Assembly (NCBI GenBank): GCA_000002435.2
Contig: CM018791.1
Direction: 5' to 3' (one strand)
Source: Giardia intestinalis
Lineage: Eukaryota
DNA: 64,000 nucleotides
Of the stretch, positions 51,360 to 63,300 are shown piece after piece (position 1 is the stretch's first letter; every line of letters starts with the position of its first letter). A program made the translations under genes and the position numbers. A model generated the notes under the pieces. The model made no database searches. It saw nothing but the letters and a program-made list of their open reading frames with translations, and was not told the DNA's origin.

Positions 51360-54300
51360 CTAGTCTTCGTGTATAACAATGAAAATATCCCCTGCTGTAA
51401 TTTTCTCTATTTCCTCGGAACATGGAAGAAAGACAGATGATATGGACCCCATCTCCTTACTATAAATGTCTACGAAGATTGGACACTCAATCACCTGTGG
51501 GGATGCCTCATAATAACCAGAGTAGTTTTTATTAGAGAAGTACACTAGTCGCCGGTCGAAGATGTTCTTGGCTCGCAGCCCATCGTACTTCTTCAGAACA
51601 TTGAGCTCCACCACATTGAGCGGCCTTGCCTCCACGAAGTCTGTCTCGGACGAAGACTCTGTTACGGACGACACAGATGTGACACCAGGCTGCTTTCTCA
51701 GGTCGTCACGTGGTGTGGTGTCTCGGGATTCCTCATTGCTGCTGGCATTCACGCTCCTTCGAGAGTTAGACCGAGTACCTAAATCTAAGGTTAGCTTAAT
51801 TCCTAATCTGTTCAAGCGGGCTTTTGGCTGCGTAGATTGCTGTATTTTAGGTGTGTTTGCCATTACGTTCGAATCTGCATGGGTTTCCTGAATCTCGGGG
51901 GGGGGAGTGGGAACAGCGGGTGTAATTGGCTTGCTATTCTGCACAGACTTTGTATTTGGCGTCGCTATGCACGGTCTGCCAGACATTGGGCGAGCCTTGT
52001 TAGCACGCTCATTAGGAGCGCCGACGGCTGAGTTACTATCTCCAGGAAGCCCAACCATCGGAGCTGAGTCATCCGTCCCAGAGAGTGTCATGCTTTGCTC
52101 TGTTTTCATAAAGGAATCATTCATGTTTCTCCTAGCTTGCTCAGAGGCATATATAGTCGATGAAAAATTCCCCAAGCTTATGATAACAGACTTTTTCTTG
52201 TATATCCTCTGCGCAAGAACGCGCATTGCAGGCAGTGGATTGTATATGCTCGTCACGCTTTGGCTGCTTACCTTTCCAATGCTGAGGTCAACGTATGCAG
52301 ACTTAAGTTTCAGACCGGATATCTGAACGTTGTCCCGTTGACGTAGGTTTGCGTACGGGACTATATCATACGCCAATGTGTATTGATCTACGGTCCCACC
52401 AGTGATGTAGCAGGCCTGGGCACGGAATGCAGTGAACAGGGCAGACGGCCGGAAGGTCAACGAGATGTCAATGTTCATATAATTCCGGTCAATCATGGCA
52501 TCGTTATAGTATGATCGCGCTCGGACAAGGTGATTGATCAGCTTGAAGAGATTGTCCACGTGGCGCTGAATCATGAATTGAAGGATATAGTCCGGGATGA
52601 CGTCATATCTAGCGTACCGGATATAGTCCACCAAGTCTTTAACCATGCGATTGTAGAACATTATTTCCTGGTACATAAAGAACATCAAGGGACAGGACTT
52701 CTCATTAGCATCTATCTTGGTATTAATCTCGGTAGGCAACGACAAAGCCAGCTTACGACGGTCATAGTGAATCAATCTAACGTTGTAAGAAATAGATTTT
52801 GCAACAGAGTACATGACCCCAGATCCTAAGGTTGAGTCTAAAAACTCTAGTATCTGCTGCCCCTCTCGCTGGTAAAGATAAATCCTTTCTGGATCAGCAA
52901 GCCCTAAGTGGCGCGGATTGTCTCTAACCGTATTTATATCTACACTAAGAATAGCGTTGCTGATCATCTTCTTCATTGCTGCAGTATCAAATTCACCTCT
53001 GTTATAGAGCTGCGCCGGGTCCTGTAAGAGCATAGTACCTACTTCAGCACGAACATGCCTTGAGCTATATCCAAATACAAACTCCGTTAAGTATTTCAAT
53101 ACAGTACGGTCATGCTGAGTGCCCATTTTCGCACCGTATTTATCAATGATATTCTCAACCAATCTATTGTACAGAACAAGACAATTGTCGTTAAAAACTA
53201 GTTCGTGAGCAAGAATTCGGAAGAACGTAATCAGAACAGATTCCAAGTCGCTCTCGTCAAACGAGCTGTATACAGATGTCCAGCCGTGCGTGCCAAAGGA
53301 ACAGCGACTTATGATCGCAGCTATGGCATAGGAGTTCTTGATAAATAGCGTGCTGATGTCTGTTAACCCTATCGTTGTTTGCATGTGCTCCTCTTTGTAC
53401 TGCTCAATATCAAAGTTGTGTACATCCTTAAACTCAGCCAGATACTTCTGAGACAGTTCCATCGTTCTCTTATAGACGCTTGAAAAGCTGACATCTGAAC
53501 TTCGTTTAAAGGAGATGCAGGCCTGGGCAAAGGAAGATAAACTGGATGCGTCTCCCTCCGCTGTAACAATTAATTTAAAATGCCTAGACACTGGCTTGAA
53601 GTCAGGAATCCCTGTCTGAAGGAGCGTTGCGGCCATTGTGCGCAGAAGTGGAGTAGCAGTGACGCCCGGTGGCATGGGCCCTCCACGTAACGGAGCAGTG
53701 GCACCAATAGGATCCTGATTGACGTCTATAGCAGACATGTTCATGGATGTTGTAGATTGATCTATTGCTGACGCCTCAAAGATAGAGCCATCGCCCACGT
53801 CCATTCGGTAGCTATTGGCCGTTAACGCCGCATAATGTCTGCGCAGATCGTTGTTGACAAAATCAGGAACGAGGTGTGCATTCTGAAGAACTAGCCAAAC
53901 GGGGGAGCCGATGTGCTGCGAGAGAGCGCTCAGGGCCATCTTCTCCGTTCCTTTGCTAAGTGGCAAAACCTTCAGCTCTATGATTGGATTGTCATCGGCA
54001 TAGTTCTCCACATGACTCTTAAGCATAACGCTCTTCTTTGCTTTCACAATGGCCTCGCGAGCGGCTGTGCTAGCCTGCATCAACTGGTAGCTCTCTTGTG
54101 GTAAGAATTGCGAAATAAAGCGAACTGCATCTACGGACGAAGAGTGATTGAAGAGAATAGGCAGCTGGCTATCGCTGATATTGAGAACAGATCCAAAGTT
54201 GAGTCTCTGCACTGCAGACAAACGGATGTTATAACGCTTTATGCTTCTCACAATATAATTGTTGACGGCAATCCGCAGGAATGCGGGCCTGAAGTGTTTG

Positions 54301-57300
54301 ATGAAGAGCAGGAGCAAGTGATCCTCGAAGCGCACGACAGTATCGTTGTCTGTAAATATGTCAGATAACATGAAGGTCTTCATGAGGTCCGTAAATGATG
54401 CAATTACCTTGTCAGAGGATGTAACACTCATGCATCGTTGCCAAACGTTCCAGTGATATATTACAGAGAAAATGATGTTCTGCTGAAGCCCGGGATGATA
54501 TGGCACGTACGGAGCATTTGCAAAAATGTCTAAGCGATCGACTTCGTTTGCTTGGGTAGCTTCGTTATTCGTGTTCAGACAGTACTTCAGTCCTACAGAG
54601 CCTTTAGCCGCCTCAGAGCTTAGGTTAGGAAGAAGCCCTTCAAGGTCGCCCTCAGTATGAGTATGATCTCTTCCAATACAAAATAGACCAGAAATAAGAT
54701 TGGCTGCATGATTGCGTCTTTGCAAAATCTCAGTTGCGGAAATCTTCATAGAGTTCTCTCCGGGGCCTGCGAACGCCTTTCTCATGTCAGATGAAAGGGG
54801 CATGCTCTCCAACTGAGAGCTGTTCCGTACATAAAGCTTTTCTACGTTAAAGAAGCTCTCCTGAATGATAGTTATATCTAGGCTGTTATCAATATTAACC
54901 TTAGCTCCTTCAGCGCCCTTCTCTTGCTGACTCAAAATAGACGGGTGTCCGACGATTCGTGCATAGTCATGGCCCGAGATAATGAGGCATTTTGTCATTA
55001 TCCACAGAAGGGGATCGCTAACCCGCTCCGTATCGAGATATGTAAAGATGTGATAGAGAAACGCCATTGCCGAAGATTCGTCAAATGCAAGTATAAATAG
55101 GGCGATAATTGTCTCGATATACTCGTTATTGTCATGACTGATGCGATTGTGATTCAACTGTTCCAATTCAACGGTCAGATCTGCCATCTCCTTCTCCTCC
55201 ATTAATTCCTGTGTTTTCTCAAAGTTAACCCTACTGGCAATCAAGTCCTCAAAGCTGCAGTTATCTTCTTCCTGTGCTTCCTTTTCAGAGCTCCCTGTCG
55301 CATCGTCATCTGCGCTCTCGGCAACACGAGTTATTGCAAGGGTAGAGGTCCCCATGCGCCTGTCTCCTGTAGCCCCATACGTCTCGGGTAGTGCTACCTT
55401 CGAGCGAGAGGTTGATATGTTGACACTTAGATTAAGAGGACTTTGAGCCCCTGTAAAAGAAGATATCAAGGAACTCATCTGAAGGTTCGGGGTGTTTTGG
55501 TTGCTCATGTAAGGAGAGTTGACCTGAATTGCTGTGGACAAATTGAGAAGATGGGCGTATGCTGCATTCGATGCAAAATTCTGGCTCATGTCGTTATTGC
55601 AGATTATTATCCTCGCCACCACGTGACTGTATGTTTGTAGGCTGAGCTTCAGAAGCTGCCGGAGTCCCAAGAAGATCGACGTGCATATTACCGCAGCGTT
55701 TCTATGTGTATCACGCATCTGCAATATTTTGCGGTGCATCTTCGTGATGAAGGTCAGGCGTCGCTTGATAGAAGCCTTTTGCATCGAGGCCCCGTGAAGG
55801 CTTCCCAAGAGCTCATCAGAAAGTGCCTGTTCAAGACTGCTGTTCATAAGAGTATTAAGTACTTGTAGCTCGAGGATTTTAAGAGAAGACTTTGCGATTG
55901 ACGCTTCAACAACGGCATTTAGATAGCTGCGCTCTATCTTGGGGTTGATGCTCTTTATCATAACTGATATTAGATGATCCTCCATTGCCGCGCGAGACTT
56001 AGCAAATGAAACAATCTGGAAATTGGCGATTATCTCTGGAGAAAGCTGAGAAATAATTGAGAAGTCGTTGCTAAGAAGGATTATGTTGAACGATTTGCTG
56101 AAGAGATAATCGTATCCATGTATCTTTACGACTAAGCTATGCTCCATGACGGCCTGTACGCCCGGGTCCAGAGCATCATGAGTCAGTGTCACTGCTAAAT
56201 CATCGTTGTATGGATTGAATCTAGGGGTGCTTGTTGCACTGAGTTGTGTCCGTGGAGTTGTCGCCGCCGTTCCACTGGTTGTTCGCGGTGTTCGGATGAT
56301 CTTGACTTTGCGTCTTTCTGGTGTCGAGCTAACCACCTGTTTCAACATTCCTAGTGTGTAGCTAGGGGTCCTTGGAATCACCGGTGTGTTAGGAAGCGCA
56401 TCCTCCTTTTCAGGGTTCTCGCTATCTTGAGGTAAAGGGATGTCGTTCATCTGCAAGAATAGGTTTTTGCGTGCAACCTCCAAGTCGCGCTTACTCTGCG
56501 TTTGCTGCGTAGTCAACTCGTTCTCTTCATGGTCTGAGGTTGCATCACAGAATAATAGGCGCGCATCCCATGAGATCTGCTTCAGCACCTCCATTATAAA
56601 TGACGGAATCTCAGACCCCATGTTTGTCACTAAGCAAACTTTTCCGCGAATTCCAGCATCGACAAGCTTCTTGAGCACTGTCGCCTGCTCTTCCGGGGAG
56701 TACTTAACACAAACGATGTTGGGGAGGTTGCTTAGAAAAGTCTCTGCTACTGACTCAGGGTCAAATATGTATGGAGTGTCCACAGAGTTCATTAAGCAAC
56801 CCATTGACTCTGTAGTAGCGTTGTCAGATGGCAAGCAATGCTGCCTCCACATACAGAGCTCCTCATCGTTGTGCAGTCTTACTAGGCCCATATCCACACA
56901 CTCATCTAGAGACGTTGAAGAGCGGGCGTTCTCACTGGGGCTAAGACACATCTTGGAGTCCGTTCTAACTTCGGCTCTGAAGGAGCTTGCTGCACCTAAA
57001 AGAGTAACGAACATAAACTTAACAGATTCTGTTACTGTGGTCGCTAAGCTTGAATGTTCTGTCCTGATCTCAGTGAGTGACTCTTCCCATGTCTCGTGCT
57101 CCACTTCCAAAAGTGTCTTAATACTCTTGACTAGTTTGTAGCGTCCTTCTGCCGTCCGTATCTGAGACTCGAGCTCCTGCTCGATAGCTTTGTTCCTATC
57201 TGCTTCTACCGTAAGCTCTTGTAACAGGGCCTGGAGCTCCTCCAGTTCGGCCTCCTTGATCTCCATGTTCTGTTTGTTGACAATATACTCTTGGCGAGCC

Positions 57301-60300
57301 TTCTCCAAGCGGGCTATCTTCGGCTTAACATTGTCCCACGCAGTGGCGTATTCCACCACTGCAAGGCACCAGCTGCAAATTGTAGTGGCGGCAGTCGAGA
57401 TGGATGATATTTTGGCAGGGTTAAAGTCTGGCGTTGCTGTAATGGCTCTGAATTTGGCAAGGATCTTTGGATTGATTGTTTTTTTGTCATATGCAAGAAG
57501 CGAGGAAATGAGGTTTCCAGAGGATAGGAGTTGCCTAGCTGACGCCCAGTTTGTCGGCTGGTCCATAAGAGCGCAAAGAGCGTTCATAACGAGAACCACA
57601 AGTGGATGTGGATTTGTAAATGTACTCAGCTCTGCAATATCTTGTCTGTTAAGATTCTGAAGAGCCTCATCAGCCTTCTGCAACATAGGGAGAACTCTGT
57701 TAAGCTCCTTCTTGGCCTGCGTCATCTCCACAGTGATGGACTTGTCTTCTATAGTAAGGGCCATTTTCTCAGAGCTGACGACTGCGTGCTGCTCCTGTGC
57801 CAGTAGCTTCTTTGCGGAAAGTTCCGCTAAAATGGATGCTACCTTTTGCTTTTGTTGTTCAAGCTGTGGTTGGAGCTTCTCAAGCTGCATCTCTAGTTCG
57901 CTGGCCTGGGCAGAGCTCTGTGCAAAGAGCTCTAGTCCCTTCTCCAAACGTGCCTCTTGCTCCACCAATTTGAGCTTTCGGTCACTGAACATCTTGTAAT
58001 ATGTACGAAGGAACCGCGCAAAGACTATCGGGGTTTTAATAAGATGCTCGCTTCCCAGCTTGATTCTATAAACTTCTGCTATCGAAGAAAAGACTTGGGC
58101 AAAGCGGTGGAGCATGGTCTGATCGATGTTGCTCTCATTGAGCTTGTGGATCGGGATCAGCCCATCGGCTGACATGCAAAACACCTTTGCTACATCGAGT
58201 GGGAGAAGCTTGACAGCAGAGATACATATCTCGACCATCGGCCAAGTACCTGGGACTTCTACTGTACAGCGTTTAATAACTCCTGGGTAGGTGGTTCTCA
58301 TGCTCTGATAAAGACTCGGCTCGGCCAAGATAACGAGGTGGTAGTTGTTTATAGCCAGAAAATGAGGGTCATCCAGCAATTGTTCTATAAACGGAAGAGC
58401 TGGCTGGACGACAATTGGAGATAGAATAAGGCATGTGGGATCTTCGTTGATGACACAGCAGTTACCGTAGATAAGCTGATAAAGCTCTTGAATATCCAGT
58501 ACCATACGTGGCTTCATCTGAAGAGCTTCGATGGCTACCATGACCGCTTGTTCAACAAAAATCCCTGCCAAGTGCACGACGAGTAAATGGGAGTCAGGCT
58601 TGGCTAGATGATAGGCCAGCTTTAGCATGCGGCGCTTCAGCTCCTGCTGCAATCCACCAACAAGAGGCGAAAACGTGTCGTTATTTGCCACATGTGGACA
58701 TGGCTCTGGAAGGGGAACAGACGGGAGTATCATGCTGTCAAATGAATGGGGAAATGTGCAAGTAACAAGGAAAGAGGGGCTGGTGTGTACCGGTTCAGAG
58801 GAGAATGTTTGGAGAATAGGATGGAGTGTGCTTCCACGATGGCATGGCCCGTTGTTTGCGGCGCCTTCCTTGCTGGATAGCTCATCTAATTGCAAAGGTT
58901 CTGAAACCATATTCTGTTCTGAGTTTAAGTCTGTGCCAATCGAAAGTACCTGTCTATATTGATAATTATTTAGGTCGTAAGAGGCTAAGTTTCCCGTGTG
59001 TAAAAGTATCTCGATCAACGGCACCTTCTGGTCGCCTATTGCCGATGAGGATTGTTGCATCAGTAATTGCATTTTAGACAACTGCAAGCCACTCTGCCTC
59101 AGTTCAGCTATGTCTGAAAGATATGCAGTATCCTGGTTTAGGATGACATCTGGACGCAGCTTGACAGGAACACGGATGGCTGCAGATGGTTTAAGCTCGG
59201 TAACAGTTCCTGACAGATGCCTGATCACGTGATCAACAAGAAAAGCGTCGAGAGTTCTGATAGTTTGATCGGATCTTCCTTGGTAAAGCTCTGCCCGCAG
59301 GCACGAAAGTAGAATCTGTAGGAGACCACGCCGAACGACAGATGTGTTTATAGGGTCTAAAAGAGCGTCCGCAGTCGAAAGGATATTCTTGAATGTGGCC
59401 GGGGTAGTGAACGAAAACCTCCGCAAAAAGGCAAAGAGTTTTGTATAACTGAATTGTAAATCAACTGAACTACTGTGTTCAGAATGGTCAAGCAACAAAC
59501 AGATAACGTTGGTGAAAAGAGGAAGGATGGAAAAGACAACGGGATTAATGTAACTTCTGATATGAGACGCGTTGCTCCAAGCGGTAAACACAGCAGAAAT
59601 CACAGCCGAGACATTCGTAAACGCGCTGCAAGAGACGGTGAGGGAGTGTGCAATACACTTACTCGAGAGCAACGGCGGGCCCACGTTGATAATCTGATAA
59701 TTCCTAACACAATGGAAGCTTGGGGGCGATGATCCAATGTAGACGCCGTTGTTTTGCATGAGGAAGGAGATAAACTCATTGATCGGGAAACAAGTGAATG
59801 CTCCGAGGTTATTGGTTATGGGACGCGCCATATTCATATTGCGTAGGATGAAGAGATTTGTTCCCCCAATAGTGTTGGACGGGGACAGGATCTTATCCTC
59901 ACGTTTGAAGCAGTTTTCAAAGTACTCAACGAATTGCTGCAGGGTTTTATTTGCACCAGAGAATCGCAAAGGAATAGGAAGCGCACTCGCAGTCTGTTGA
60001 AGCAAGGCTGTTAGCATCACCACAACCGCTTCAGCCCCAAAGCCAGATATTTGAAGATATATATTGCTTGCCGGCAATATCTGCAGCTGGTCACGGGCAG
60101 AGATGTTTGTCACGGGCTGGATGGTTCCTGGAAGGTTGCTACTTGATGCTGCAAAGCCAACGTCTCGTGACCCCCCAGGTCCAGTCATAGCGGCAAGAGC
60201 TGCAATACTTGCAGGGTTGATAGTGTTCATGGTCATGCTAGAGGCAGTGCTTCCGTGTTTGCTGGAGTTCTTTTTACCCAGTGGCTCTCGAGCAGAAGGC

Positions 60301-63300
60301 ATTGTAAGTCCCCCGAAGGATTCGCTGTTTTTCTGTGCTTTAGAGTTCTGCTCTTCTCTTTGTGCGTGTACGTTTGATAGAAGCTTACTGAGGGTAATAG
60401 TCTTGTCGTAGTATAGTAGGTCTGTGAGGCATATGTAAAGCGTACGGCGCACATCAGCGGTTTCAACAAATACGCGTGATGTCAATGTATCAAACTCCAC
60501 ATTAAAGATGCCGTGTTCCAAATCGCAATTTTGCGACATAGCAAGCGCGCCATACACACTGTTGTAACTTTTAAGATGATCAAACTTGCTGCACGCAGCG
60601 AAGGAGACTGGAATGAGGCGATACGGATCGAAGAAGCATTGATCAAGTGTCGTGTCTAGCTCTGTCTTTGAAGACATTCCATTGACGTGGAAAGCAGCTG
60701 CCCAATATTTGCGCTCCAGTATGACTTCCTGGAGTTGCTTGTCAATTTTCTGAACGTAAAGATCCTTCCCAAATAACCCAAGACACGACCACACAACTGA
60801 GAAAATCGCATACCCTTGAAGCAACCGAACGAGCATGCCTCGCGTAGGATCTGCAGCCACCAACTCATAAATGTGCGAAGATGACGCACATAGGTGGGCA
60901 CGCAATATCCTAATGGCTTGCTGGACAATCGTGCTCATGTTAGAACACAAAAATGTCAAATTTAGGACAATTCCATGTTCATCCGCAGATGAGGTCGTGG
61001 CTCCGAGATTGAGAGACCCTTGAGGATCAAATTTATGCATCGATTGGGGACTGTGATCAGTGGAGCTTTGCTCCCTAGTTGCCACAAGGCCAAAGAGACA
61101 ATCGAATAATGTTGAATACACATCTAAGACGTTAACGTAGAAGTTATTCTCAAAATGCAGCGGATTGCGTGCATAATATTCTGTATTAGCTACATCTGCC
61201 AACGGAGCACGGTTGGGGTAGCGTGCCTTATAAGCCTCCAGTCTCTCTTTGCGTGTCATTCGCTTACTTGTTCTGCCAGAGATCCCTAAGGCGCTAAGAT
61301 CCGAGTGCCCTAACGCGCTAGTCGCAGAGGCATCACATCTGTTCGTCATTGCAGCGTTGGAATAATGTGCAACCTTCGTTGTGGAGAGCCCGAGAACCAC
61401 ATCTTTTTTGTCAAAGAGGAGCTCCACGGATTGTAAATCCATATTCATTCGACAATATGACTTTATCTTTTCGGAATTATAGGAATACGTGCGTGCAAAG
61501 TCTAAATAATCGAGCTCGAATAATTCCCGCAGAGAGGAGACAAGGATGGCTTGATACAAGAGTGCATAGTTCTGAATACTATCCTCAAGAGAAAGAATAC
61601 CGCAGCGGCTCAAAGTGGATGGAGACGTATGGCTGATGTCTGTTGTTTCGAAGATTATCCTTATGTGATTGGAGATACGTATTCTTTCGCCGTTGGCCAA
61701 GCAGAGCATTTTGTTGTCATCCAAGAGCGAGTTCATACACTCTGCGTATGCAGAGTCAATGGGACCATCTAGCACAATAAACTTAAGCCGCTCTGTGGAG
61801 CGAGAAAAGCCCTTAGAGTCTGCCTCAATTTGTGACTGCTCGTCTTCAGTGAAATCCTCGCTTACGCTGACGTCTCGATGCCTCAGGAAAGTCTTGCCTC
61901 GACGCTTTGCCTCCTTAATTTGCCGCTTGAGCTCCTTCTCTTCCCTCTCCTTCTTCTTTTCCATAAGGAGGTTATAAGAAGCAATGCAATAGTTCCGTAA
62001 CACCGAGCTGAAAATCCCATCTTGGAATGCTTCGTTTTGATAGCCACCCAGGAGGCCCTCTGTGGTGAGTGCACGCGGATTGATAACGGTACATTCGTTG
62101 GTCTCATCAAGCATGAGCCTCCAGAGAACTGTTTTGAACGTGTTTCGGCTCCCCAGGAGGATGATCCCTGTTCGAATCCAGAGAAGGTTCTCCAACTCGA
62201 AGTACTTCTCTCCTTGGTATCTGAATGCGATGCGGCCTGTTGCACGACACGAGCTGCGATAAGCAGCAAGAACAGCTTCTGCCCGCTTCTGGATATTCTC
62301 GGCGACCAGAGTCTGGGCCTGCGCAAGGGCAGTAATTTGCTTGCGACCAATGTTAAGTTTGGATGCCATAATGGATGACGCCACTCGATAATGCACCGCA
62401 TTGCCCTGGAATTGGTCAGCGTGTGTTGGAGCAGCCGATCCTATTACTGTGCCATTTAGTTCTTGTGGACAATCGAATGAGTTGGGCACTACTTCTGCAC
62501 CACTTAGTCTCTGACGATTCCTGTCTAACAGCTGTTCGCTCATAGGTCTTTTGTAATTCAAAGCGGCTTCAGAAACAGTAGGCCATAATTCTTGATCAGT
62601 AAGAAGCATATGGAAGAACGAGAGCTCAGATTTGCGTATGATCATAAACTTATCAACGTCAAGATCATCAGATGGTGCTGCTTGGCCTGGTTGTTGGACA
62701 GAGATAGCATAAGATTGCTGAGAAACCGGCCTCTTATTCAAGTCTGTGATCACAAAGCTAGATTTCGCTACTGCTTCCATATTGTTGATAAGCATAAACG
62801 ATGAGTTCATGACTGCGTCGGATAGATCCTCGACTCTAGTCGTGCAAGTGGCCTGATGATCATATCTATCGCTCTCCATATAACACATGACAATATCTCT
62901 TCCAAACACATCTGCAACAATTTCTATGAAGTTGTGCTTGTCGAGCTCTACCAGGCAGGGTGTCAAAAGACGGATGAGGTTGTCAATTACGCAGATGGTC
63001 TCGATATAGCCCATGAAGATCATATGCTCCTTGTATTGCTTTGAATTGGCTTTGTCACCTATTAATAGACTCTTGATGTATGCATTTTCCCTGAAGATGT
63101 AGAGCCAGCGCTTAAATGTGTGGGAGGACGCCAGAATAACTGACTTAATCGTCCTCAGCGACAGATCGATAACCTTGGTATCATAAAGCTGTATATTTTC
63201 CGAGGGTCTGTGAGGCATTCCAAGGTCACTCTGCAGCTGTCTTGATGTTTCCGTTGGTGTCTGTTCCTGGGTGTTCAAAATATCAAGTGACGCCGGACGA